DNA of 64,000 nt from Bacillota bacterium (GTDB lineage Bacteria; Bacillota; Desulfotomaculia; Desulfotomaculales; JBFMEU01), in NCBI GenBank assembly GCA_040753155.1, contig JBFMEU010000001.1, forward strand, positions 13,273 to 77,272, written 5' to 3'. The number at the start of each line of letters is the position of its first letter. Position 1 is the first letter of the stretch. The notes beneath the pieces were generated by a model. That model made no database searches and had not been told where the DNA came from. It saw nothing but the letters and a program-made list of their open reading frames with translations. The position numbers and the translations under genes were made by a program. Of this stretch, positions 41,105-49,219 are shown piece by piece.

Positions 41105-41821
41105 TTATTTTGTTTGCCGCAGGTAGGCCCGTTGGACCTGCCGGTCCTGCCTCAGCTGATCCGGGGCGCCCTCCAGGGATACCTGGCCCCGTTCCAGGAT
41201 ATAAACCCGGCCGGCTATTTTCAGGGCGGCGTGGGCATTTTGCTCCACCAAGAGGATGGTGGTCCCCTCCTCCCTGAGCCTGGCCAGGGTGGCCATAATC
41301 TCCCGGACCACCAGGGGCGCCAGGCCCAGGGAAGGCTCATCCAGCATCAGCAGCCGGGGCCGGGCCATCAAACCCCGGCCGATGGCCAGCATCTGCTGCA
41401 TCCCCCCGCTGAGGCTGCCGGCGGCCACCTTTTCCTTACCCGCCAGGGCGGGAAACATTTCCAGCACTCTGGCGGCGTCTGCCGCAACCCCGGCCCGGTC
41501 CCGCCGGTAGCGGTGGTAGGCCCCCAGCAGTAAATTATCTTTGAGGCTCAAGGTGTCAAACATTTGCCGCCGCTCCGGCACCAGGCTAATGCCCCATCGA
41601 ACCACCTTCTCCGCCGGCAGGCGGGTAATATCTTTTTCGTCCCAGACTATTTTCCCCCGGGCCGGCTTGTAGATGCCGGCCAGGGCACCCAGCAGGGTGC
41701 TCTTTCCCACCCCGTTGGCCCCGATAATGGCCACCAGTTCACCCTCCCCAACGTGCAGGGAGACACCCCTCAAGGCATGGATTTCCCCGTGGTAGACGTG
41801 CAACTCTTCCACCACCAGCAT
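41105..41821 (-). CDS. livF: branched-chain amino-acid ABC transporter ATP-binding protein
   Basis: 238-aa ORF with GANGVGKSTLL, LSGGMQQMLAIGR and LLMLDEPS. Confidence 0.9.
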   Translation of the reverse strand: MLVVEELHVYHGEIHALRGVSLHVGEGELVAIIGANGVGKSTLLGALAGIYKPARGKIVWDEKDITRLPAEKVVRWGISLVPERRQMFDTLSLKDNLLLGAYHRYRRDRAGVAADAARVLEMFPALAGKEKVAAGSLSGGMQQMLAIGRGLMARPRLLMLDEPSLGLAPLVVREIMATLARLREEGTTILLVEQNAHAALKIAGRVYILERGQVSLEGAPDQLRQDRQVQRAYLRQTK

Positions 41822-42589
41822 CTAATCCACCTCCTCGCCCAGATAGGCGCTGATTACCCCGGGATCGGAGCAAACCCGGGCCGGCGGACCCTCGGCAATT
41901 TTAACCCCGAAGTCCAGCACCAGGATCCGGTCCGCCACGGACATAACTGTTTCCATGTCGTGCTCCACCAGCAGCACGGTAATGCCCCGGTCCTTGAGAC
42001 GGGCGATGAGTTCGACCAGTGACCTGCTTTCACCGGCGTTCAGCCCGGCCGCCGGCTCATCCAAAAGCAGCAGGCCGGGCTCCGGGGCCAGTGCCCGGGC
42101 CAGTTCCAACAGGCGCTGTTCACCAAAAGAAAGGGCGGTGGCGGGCCAATCTGCCCTGTCCTCCAGGCCCACCAGCTCCAGCTGCCTTTGGGCCGCCTGC
42201 AGCATCTCCTCTTCCTCCCGGCGCTTGGCGGGCAGGTGCAAGGCTGCGGCCAGCAGTCCCGTCCGGCCCCGCAGGTGGCGGCCCACCATGACATTTTCCA
42301 GCACCGTCATGTTACCGAATAATTGCAAGTTTTGAAAGGTCCTGGTAATCCCCAGCCCGGCTATCCGGTAAGGCGGCAGCCCGTTCAGGGATTGGCCGTC
42401 AAAAATAATCTCCCCGCTGCCGGCGGGCACAATCCCGGTGATCAGGTTGAACACCGTGGTTTTGCCGGCCCCGTTGGGGCCGATGAGGGCATAAACCTGA
42501 CCCTTATCCACACTAAAGCTGAGCCGGCTGACGGCCAGCAGGCCCCCAAAGGAAACAGAAACGGCTTTTAGTTCCAGCAGGCTGCTCAT
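41822..42589 (-). CDS. livG: branched-chain amino-acid ABC transporter ATP-binding protein
   Basis: 255-aa ORF with GPNGAGKTTVFN, LSFGEQRLLELAR and LLLLDEPAAG. Confidence 0.9.
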   Translation of the reverse strand: MSSLLELKAVSVSFGGLLAVSRLSFSVDKGQVYALIGPNGAGKTTVFNLITGIVPAGSGEIIFDGQSLNGLPPYRIAGLGITRTFQNLQLFGNMTVLENVMVGRHLRGRTGLLAAALHLPAKRREEEEMLQAAQRQLELVGLEDRADWPATALSFGEQRLLELARALAPEPGLLLLDEPAAGLNAGESRSLVELIARLKDRGITVLLVEHDMETVMSVADRILVLDFGVKIAEGPPARVCSDPGVISAYLGEEVD

Positions 42590-43635
42590 AGCTCCCCCTT
42601 CCCAGCCCCGGGCCCGGTCCGCCCCGAAGTGGGGGGCACGGCCGCCGGCAGTTTGAGGAACTTAACCCGCTTGTTCTTAACCAGATCCATCAGCCAGCAG
42701 GTCAAGCCCTGGGGCGTGAGGATGATAATCAGCACCAGCATGACCCCGAAGAAGATCAACTCGTACTCGCCGCCGGCCCCGGGAATGAAGTGGGGCATGA
42801 AGTGCCGCAAAAATTCTCCTAACAGAATCACTGCGGCAACCCCGAACAGCGGCCCCCAGACGCTGGCCAGGCCCCCGACTACCGCCATCAGCACAAAATC
42901 AATGGAGGCCTTGAAGCTGAACACGCCGGGGCTGATAAAGGTGATGTAATGGGCGTACAGGCTGCCGGCCACACTGGCAAAACCGGCGCTGAGGACGAAA
43001 ATCTGCAGCTTATACTGAAAAACCCTCACCCCCAGGCTCTGGGCGGCCACTTCACTGCCGTGAATAGCCCTAAGCGCCCGGCCGATGCGGGAGTGCACTA
43101 TGTTTTGGGCCAGCAGGATGGCCACCAGCCCAAAGGCCCACACCAGGTAATAATACCCCAGGTCTGTTTTAATCGTATAGCCCAGGAAGCTGATATAGGG
43201 AATGCCACCCAGCCCGGACGGTCCGCCGGTAATGTCAACCTGTTCGTTAAAAAAGATAAAAATAATGATGCCAAAGGCCAGGGTGGCCAGGGCCAGGTAG
43301 TTCTCCCGCAGCCTGAAGGCTATCCTGCCGATGCCGTAGGCTACCAGGCAGGTCAGCCCCAGGGCCAGGAACATGGCCGGCCAGGGGCCCAGGCCGTACT
43401 TTACCGTCAGGATGGCCGAACCATAGGCCCCCAGCCCGTAAAAAGCCCCGTGCCCCAATGATACCTGGCCGGCATAGCCCATGAGCAAACAAAGCCCCAC
43501 CACAACGATGGTGTAAATCCCCACGGTGATCAAAGTAACCAGGTAATAATTATTATTTAAGATGAGCGGCAACAGGATTACCACCGCCGCCAAGAGGAGC
43601 GGCCCGTAAATCCTGGCCAGCCTGTGTTTGGTCAT
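42586..43635 (-). CDS. livM: branched-chain amino-acid ABC transporter permease
   Basis: 349-aa polytopic ORF with GYAGQVSLGHGAFYGLGAY. 4-nt overlap with livG. Confidence 0.88.
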   Translation of the reverse strand: MTKHRLARIYGPLLLAAVVILLPLILNNNYYLVTLITVGIYTIVVVGLCLLMGYAGQVSLGHGAFYGLGAYGSAILTVKYGLGPWPAMFLALGLTCLVAYGIGRIAFRLRENYLALATLAFGIIIFIFFNEQVDITGGPSGLGGIPYISFLGYTIKTDLGYYYLVWAFGLVAILLAQNIVHSRIGRALRAIHGSEVAAQSLGVRVFQYKLQIFVLSAGFASVAGSLYAHYITFISPGVFSFKASIDFVLMAVVGGLASVWGPLFGVAAVILLGEFLRHFMPHFIPGAGGEYELIFFGVMLVLIIILTPQGLTCWLMDLVKNKRVKFLKLPAAVPPTSGRTGPGAGKGEL

Positions 43636-43654
43636 GGCTTTTGCCTCAATTCCG

Positions 43655-44536
43655 TTAAACCCTTTTGCCCTGGGTAAAGCCCAGGAGCCCCTCGGGCCGG
43701 TACAGCAGTACCAGCAACAGGGTCACAAATGAAATCAAGTCCTTGTAGTGGGACGACACCAGGCCCGCCCCCAGGGACTCTATAATGCCCAGGATCAGGC
43801 CCCCCAGCACGGCCCCGCCGGGGCTGGTCAGCCCGCCGATAACAGCGGCCACAAAGCCTTTGAGCCCCAGCATCAGCCCCATGTCGTAGGTGGCCATGGT
43901 GATAGGGCTGATGACTATGCCCGCCAGAGCGCCCAGGGCGCCGGCCAGGCCGAAAACCAGCATGGCCATGTTCCGGGGACTGATCCCCATCAGCCGGGCG
44001 GCCAGCTGGTTGACGGCGCAGGCCCTTAAGGCCTTGCCCTGGTAGGTAAGCTCAAAGAAAATAAACAGCGCCGCCACTACCAGCACCACGATGCCCAGCA
44101 CCCACAGGCTCTGGGGGATGATGGCGGCCCCGGCCAGCCGGATGATCTGCTCTCCGGAAAAGGCCGGCAGGATATAGGGGTTGGTGCCCCAGGCCAGCAG
44201 GCCGATACCCCGCAGGGCCACCGCGGCCCCGATGGTTATAATGATCATGGTTACCACCGAGGCATTACGGGCGGCGTCAATGGCCAGTCGCTGGAACAGT
44301 CCGCCAATGACCGCCACCAGCAGCACGGCCAGGGTAATGGAAAGGGGCAGGGAAAGCCCGCCCCCGTAAATGCTGACTGTCAACAACGCGCCCAGCATGG
44401 CAAATTCACCCTGGGTAAAGTTGAGGATGCCGGTAACATTATACACCAGTACAAAGCCCAGGGCAATCAGGGCGTAAATGCCCCCCAGGGTCAGTCCGGT
44501 AACCAGATACTGCAGGATTTCACCCGGTCCGGCCAT
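43655..44536 (-). CDS. livH: branched-chain amino-acid ABC transporter permease
   Basis: ILQYLVTGLTLGGIYALIALGFVLVYNVTGILNFTQGEF. ATG at 44536 overlaps the upstream TAA (TAATG). Confidence 0.88.
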   Translation of the reverse strand: MAGPGEILQYLVTGLTLGGIYALIALGFVLVYNVTGILNFTQGEFAMLGALLTVSIYGGGLSLPLSITLAVLLVAVIGGLFQRLAIDAARNASVVTMIIITIGAAVALRGIGLLAWGTNPYILPAFSGEQIIRLAGAAIIPQSLWVLGIVVLVVAALFIFFELTYQGKALRACAVNQLAARLMGISPRNMAMLVFGLAGALGALAGIVISPITMATYDMGLMLGLKGFVAAVIGGLTSPGGAVLGGLILGIIESLGAGLVSSHYKDLISFVTLLLVLLYRPEGLLGFTQGKRV

Positions 44537-45714
44537 TATTCGATAATCACCCACTTGCCTTCTCTAATCCCCACCATGACCAGGGCGCTGCTGTCCAGGC
44601 CGCTGTGGTCCTGGGCCGACATATGGTAAGTGCCGGATATACCGTGATAGCCGCTGATTTTCTCCAGCTCATCCCGGATGGACGCCCGGTCGGCCTCCGG
44701 GCCGGCGTTTTTGATGGCCTCCACAATCAAGGCCACGGCATCATACCCGTGCCCGCCAAAGGTGCTCCGGGGCTGCTTGAACTTCTCTTCAAAGGAGGTG
44801 GCGTAATCAACCAGCAATTCCTTGCGGGGATCACTATCCGGCAACTGCTCGGCCACCAAAAGCTTGCCCACCGGGAACACCACGTCGTTGGCGGCCTCCC
44901 CGGCCAAATCAATAAAGGTCCGGTTACCGATGCCGTGGCTATGAATCAGGGGCATCTCCAGGCCCAGCTGCCGGAAGTTCTTGGTTATGATGGAGGCCGC
45001 CGGGGGAATGGCCCAAACCACCACGGCCCCGGGATTGGCGGTGCGCACCCGGGTAAGCTGGGCGGACATATCCTTGTCGGTGGCATTAAACCGCTCCATG
45101 GCCACCACCTCCAGGCCCGCAGCAGCCGCCTCGGTCTCAAACTCCACCCGGCCGCTGTCGCCGAAGGCGTCATTCACGCTCAAAAAAGCCACCCGGTTAA
45201 TCCCCTGCCCCTTCAGGTAGGCGATAATTTTCTCCACCACCACCGAGTCATTCTGGGCGGTCTTGAACACCCAGTGCCGCTCCTCCACCGGCTCCACAAT
45301 CAACCGGCTGGCCGCGGCGGAAACCAATGCAATCTCGCTCTTGGTGACTGTGTCCACCAGGGCCAGGGAGGTGCCGCTGGTGCTGGGCCCGGCTATGGCC
45401 AGCACTTTGTCCGCATCAATCAGCTTCTTGGCCACCCGCACCGCCACCGTGGCATCGCTTTCATTGTCTTCGATGAGAATCTTCAGGGGCTTGCCGTGAA
45501 TCCCCCCGGCGGCATTAACCTGCTCCTCCAGCAGCTTGGCCGAATCCCGCTCGGGGATGCCCAGGGACGAGGCCGGCCCCGTAATGTCAAAAATGGCGCC
45601 AATAACATAGGCGTCCTCCCCTTTAGTCTGGGCGCCGCAACCCCCGGCTGCCAGGGCCAGGGCCAATAGCACCACTACCGCCGCACCAAGCCAACTCATT
45701 CTTTTCCTACCCAT
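44536..45714 (-). CDS. livJ: ABC transporter substrate-binding lipoprotein (LivJ/K-like)
   Basis: Start MGRKRMSWLGAAVVVLLALALAAGGCG (lipobox) at ATG 45714 behind AAGGAGGAG. Periplasmic-binding type I fold pattern. Confidence 0.85.
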   Translation of the reverse strand: MGRKRMSWLGAAVVVLLALALAAGGCGAQTKGEDAYVIGAIFDITGPASSLGIPERDSAKLLEEQVNAAGGIHGKPLKILIEDNESDATVAVRVAKKLIDADKVLAIAGPSTSGTSLALVDTVTKSEIALVSAAASRLIVEPVEERHWVFKTAQNDSVVVEKIIAYLKGQGINRVAFLSVNDAFGDSGRVEFETEAAAAGLEVVAMERFNATDKDMSAQLTRVRTANPGAVVVWAIPPAASIITKNFRQLGLEMPLIHSHGIGNRTFIDLAGEAANDVVFPVGKLLVAEQLPDSDPRKELLVDYATSFEEKFKQPRSTFGGHGYDAVALIVEAIKNAGPEADRASIRDELEKISGYHGISGTYHMSAQDHSGLDSSALVMVGIREGKWVIIE

Positions 45715-45740
45715 CCTACCGTACTCCTCCTTAATTAAAA

Positions 45741-45765
45741 TACAAAAAACACCCGCAGGTGTTCT
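45741..45765 (-). terminator. short hairpin plus U-tract in the liv leader (possible attenuator)
   Basis: The - strand reads AACACCUGCGGGUGUUUUUUGUA, about 30 nt upstream of the livJ start. Confidence 0.45.
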
Positions 45766-45935
45766 CGCCAAAGAATGTAACCCGCCGTTCTGTCGTCCTG
45801 CCCTGTGTTGTCTGTATGTAACAATTTACACCAAAATACTGCTTTACCAACCATACTGCCAGTTAATCATAACATAGCCGCAGGCTGGCAACAAGATATT
45901 TTCCAAATTCTCAGTCAGGTAATATTAAAATTCGG

Positions 45936-46060
45936 GTTACTATTCAGGTATTCAGAATTCAGGAGTCAGGATTCAGAATGCCCCGAGAATATGGAATGTT
46001 TTCGCTGGTTTTCTCATTCTGACTCCTGACTTCTGACTGCTGACTCCTGACTTCTGACTG
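45936..46060 (-). mobile_element. four-helix-bundle MITE, deletion variant with a degenerate heptamer array (GACTCCT/GACTTCT/GACTGCT)
   Basis: The left arm GTTACTATTCAGGTATTCAGAATTCAGGAGTCAG and the interior are identical in type to 19291-19419. Confidence 0.75.
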
Positions 46061-46062
46061 CA

Positions 46063-46161
46063 GGGGTTCCGATCCGCTTCGTCAGCGAAGCCCTGGAAGC
46101 GAAAGTGGATTGGAACGCCACGACCAGGCAGGTCACCATCAAGGACGGCGGCAAAGAGATC
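46063..46161 (+). pseudogene. orphan fragment of a copper-amine-oxidase-N-domain (stalk) protein
   Basis: My translation is GVPIRFVSEALEAKVDWNATTRQVTIKDGGKEI, the canonical Cu_amine_oxidN1 repeat. There is no start and no upstream coding sequence. It abuts the MITE. Confidence 0.65.
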
Positions 46162-46179
46162 GGGGAAAAATTCTACATA

Positions 46180-46208
46180 TTGACTGCAGCTTATATTATG
46201 TATATACT
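46180..46208 (+). promoter_or_regulatory. sigma-A-type promoter TTGACT-17-TATACT for mazEF
   Basis: TTGACT at 46180-46185 and TATACT at 46203-46208. AT-rich palindromic surroundings. Confidence 0.55.
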
Positions 46209-46244
46209 ATGTATAAACATATTGGGTTAAAGGCGGGGATCGTT

Positions 46245-46478
46245 ATGCAATATCATATTCAAAAGTGGGGTAATAGTTTGGGGATACGAATTCCTAAAAC
46301 CCTGGCCCAGAAGGCGGGACTGGTAGAAGGCACGCCTGTTGAGATTATATTGGGGGACGACGCTATTATTATCCGGCCAAGGAGCTATAGTCTGGAAACA
46401 TTATTGTCCGACGTCACACCCGAAAATTTGCACAGGGAAGCGGACACCGGAAAACCTGTTGGGCGTGAAGCATGGTAA
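46245..46478 (+). CDS. mazE: MazE/AbrB-SpoVT-type antitoxin
   Basis: MQYHIQKWGNSLGIRIPKTLAQKAGLVEGTPVEIIL. ATG at 46245 follows AAAGGCGGGG. The upstream part of the ORF-track frame is non-coding. Confidence 0.85.
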   Translation: MQYHIQKWGNSLGIRIPKTLAQKAGLVEGTPVEIILGDDAIIIRPRSYSLETLLSDVTPENLHREADTGKPVGREAW

Positions 46479-46819
46479 CGGCGGACGCAAAATATATTCC
46501 CGGCCGCGGTGATCTAGTGTGGTTGCAGTTTAGTCCGCAATCAGGGCATGAACAGGCCGGGTTTAGGCCGGCGCTGGTATTATCACCGCAAAGTTACAAC
46601 GGAAAAGTTGGATTGGTACTGGTATGCCCTGTTACGTCAAAGGCAAAAGGTTATCCTTTCGAGGTTTTATTACCAGATGGACTGGAAGTATCCGGTGTTG
46701 TGCTGGCGGATCAGGTTAAAAGCCTGGACTGGCAAGCTAGAAACGCGAAATATATTTTTACCGTCCCGATGCGGATTACTACAGAAGTGCTTGGGAAAAT
46801 ACAGTTACTAATTTCTTAA
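46472..46819 (+). CDS. mazF: MazF/PemK-family endoribonuclease toxin
   Basis: 115-aa ORF with YIPGRGDLVWLQFSPQSGHEQAGFRPALVLSP and VCPVTSKAKGYPFEV. Overlaps mazE by 7 nt. Confidence 0.9.
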   Translation: MVTADAKYIPGRGDLVWLQFSPQSGHEQAGFRPALVLSPQSYNGKVGLVLVCPVTSKAKGYPFEVLLPDGLEVSGVVLADQVKSLDWQARNAKYIFTVPMRITTEVLGKIQLLIS

Positions 46820-46894
46820 CGTTGCACGGTAGTTTCCGAAAGAGCTAACGGTCCTTATGGTATAATAATGCAAATTGTCTTCGGGGTGTGTTTT

Positions 46895-47314
46895 ATGCTG
46901 GATAATAAAATCAGGTCGGCCTTAAGGGAAATATTCGGTGCTTACAAAGATGTTTTAGTAGTGTACCTATTTGGCTCTTATTTAGATGATCAGCAAAACG
47001 CTCGGGATGTCGACCTGGCGATCCTTTTGAAACAGCCGGCCAACAGACAGGTGGACATTTATATGAGCTTGTACCCCCGACTGGCTGAGGCATTGGCGCC
47101 ACTGGAACCGGACCTGCTGTTCCTTCACTCCGCGTCCCTGCCGGTGCGCTTTGAGGCGGTTTCTAGAGGGGACGTTATTTATTCCGTGGACGATGATTTG
47201 CGTACTGATTTCGAATATGCTGTATCCGGGGAGTACATGGATTTTAAGTATCACCTTGATATGGCCCGGCGCGAGTTGTTTGAATCCATCAAGGAGGACG
47301 GTTTGGATGTATAA
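46895..47314 (+). CDS. mntA: minimal nucleotidyltransferase (MNT) antitoxin
   Basis: VVYLFGSYLDDQQNARDVDLAIL (GS...DxD NTase motif). Precedes and overlaps the HEPN gene. Confidence 0.82.
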   Translation: MLDNKIRSALREIFGAYKDVLVVYLFGSYLDDQQNARDVDLAILLKQPANRQVDIYMSLYPRLAEALAPLEPDLLFLHSASLPVRFEAVSRGDVIYSVDDDLRTDFEYAVSGEYMDFKYHLDMARRELFESIKEDGLDV

Positions 47315-47726
47315 CCCGGATCTTGTTACCGAAAGGTTGAACATTATTCGCGGCGCCGTCAAGCGGTTGGAAGTGTTGGCCCGGGTGCCGCGTGAAGAAT
47401 TTTCCCGTAATGAGGATTTCGTGGACATTGCAGAAAACAGGTTGCGCAGGGCTATTGAAGCTTTATTTGATTTAGGGCGCCATTTGGTGGTGAAAACCGG
47501 TACCGGAGTGCCGAAGGACTACCGCTCGGTTATTGATATGCTGAAGGACGCCGGTATCATCCCTGTTGAAGTTGCAGTTCGTATTGCCGGTATGACAGGT
47601 TATCGAAACCGCCTGATACATGAATATAACAAGGTGACTCCTGAAGAATTACATTATATTTTGCAGAACAGGCTCAATGATTTTGAATTGTTTTGTCGGT
47701 ATATCGTAGATTATTTAAAGAAGTAA
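47307..47726 (+). CDS. hepT: HEPN/DUF86 toxin (HepT)
   Basis: ATG at 47307 behind AAGGAGG. Rx4-6H motif in GYRNRLIHEYNKV. Confidence 0.85.
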   Translation: MYNPDLVTERLNIIRGAVKRLEVLARVPREEFSRNEDFVDIAENRLRRAIEALFDLGRHLVVKTGTGVPKDYRSVIDMLKDAGIIPVEVAVRIAGMTGYRNRLIHEYNKVTPEELHYILQNRLNDFELFCRYIVDYLKK

Positions 47727-47814
47727 GGAATAACATTGGAAACCTGGCTGTTACATTGCCGTCGCACAAAAGAAAATCCCCGGTATTATGGGGATTTAAA
47801 CTTTTTTGTCGCGG

Positions 47815-49035
47815 CTATAAGCTGTTGAATAATTCATCCAGTTGCTTATAGATGCCGAAAAGGTTATCTACAACTTCCCTGTCCAATGCCGACTTTAAAA
47901 CCATGTTGTTCATAATCTTTTCTATTGAATGCCTTTCCATGCCCCGCCTGTATGGCCGGTCCTCGCGAAGGGCGGTAAAAACGTCGGCCGCGGCGACAAT
48001 TCTTGAGCCCAGGGAAATTTGCGGGGCTTCCAAATGAAAAGGATAGCCGTTGCCGTCCAGCTTTTCATGGTGGTATGCCGCCCATTCGGCAATTTCTTTC
48101 GGAGCGCCGGCATTGCAGAGTATGTGATAAGTATGGTAAGTATGTTGCTTGATTTCGGCAAATTCTTCTTTGGTCAGTTGGTCCGGTTTTTCCAATATGC
48201 CGTCGCGTATTGAAAGCTTGCCTATATCATGCAATAGTCCCGCTATTCTCATGTTGACAAGCTCTTTGTCCTTAAAACCCATCGCGGAAGCCAAAAGAAC
48301 GGCGGCGCCGGCCACACCACGGGAGTGGCGATATGTAAAGGGGCTTTTTCTGTCAATGACGTCCGCAAACAAATTGGCCAGTTGTAAAACCTCATTCACA
48401 CCGACATCGATGGTAAATTCAAAATCCTGGAGTTTGGTCTTGTTTAACACCTCCGGCGCAGTTAAATCCAGCCAGAAGCTTTCACGCCGGGCCAATTGCA
48501 TAAACTGTTCCACCAGTTCGGGGTCGAAGACGGCTCCGGAAAGCTTTTTTATTTGCCCGGTTATTTGTTCTACGCTGCATAATATGGGATTGCCCAGTTT
48601 ATGTTGATTATTGATTAATATATCAACCCGGTCAGCCAAATGAATAATTCTGGAAGCGCAAGGAATATCCCGACCCGCCAAACCGATTTTATTGCCGCCG
48701 GCAAAATTGTTGTGGTGATGAAGAATCACATTGGCAACGGGTTCCAATCGTTTAGATCTGCTTACCAGCTCCGCGCCGGATATGCAATGGTCCCAGGGGT
48801 TGTTAACTTCGAAGTTAAGCAAAACGTCTCTTTCTCCCCACGTTCTGACCCCGATATCGTGAATCACAGCTGCCGTGCCGACTATTTTTCTCTCCCGCCG
48901 GCTTAATCCAATTTGGTCCGCCAGGCTTAAACTGATCTGGCATACTTTTTGATGATGGGCGTTTATACCCCGGCTGTCAAAGTCCAGACACGATGATAAC
49001 GTTATCAGCAATTGTTGCAAATCGATTTCTGCCAT
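47815..49035 (-). CDS. HD-GYP domain protein with a degenerate N-terminal HD domain
   Basis: C-terminal domain has LLHDIGKLSI and AAYHHEKLDGNGYPFHL. N-terminal domain has VIHDIGV...HHHNNFAG...HLADRVD. Confidence 0.85.
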   Translation of the reverse strand: MAEIDLQQLLITLSSCLDFDSRGINAHHQKVCQISLSLADQIGLSRRERKIVGTAAVIHDIGVRTWGERDVLLNFEVNNPWDHCISGAELVSRSKRLEPVANVILHHHNNFAGGNKIGLAGRDIPCASRIIHLADRVDILINNQHKLGNPILCSVEQITGQIKKLSGAVFDPELVEQFMQLARRESFWLDLTAPEVLNKTKLQDFEFTIDVGVNEVLQLANLFADVIDRKSPFTYRHSRGVAGAAVLLASAMGFKDKELVNMRIAGLLHDIGKLSIRDGILEKPDQLTKEEFAEIKQHTYHTYHILCNAGAPKEIAEWAAYHHEKLDGNGYPFHLEAPQISLGSRIVAAADVFTALREDRPYRRGMERHSIEKIMNNMVLKSALDREVVDNLFGIYKQLDELFNSL

Positions 49036-49219
49036 ATTAGATCACCCTTAAGTTAATTTCTATCTGTTTATTCGTTTTTTGGATCAGGAATTCCTACTGA
49101 ACTTGTACACCTAAGCTAAGCTGGGAGATTGGCGGCCAGCTGCTAATGTGAAATGTTTCACCAAGGAGGGAATAATACAGTGCCGGAGAGCAGGGATACC
49201 TTTGTGGGCGAGGAACGCA

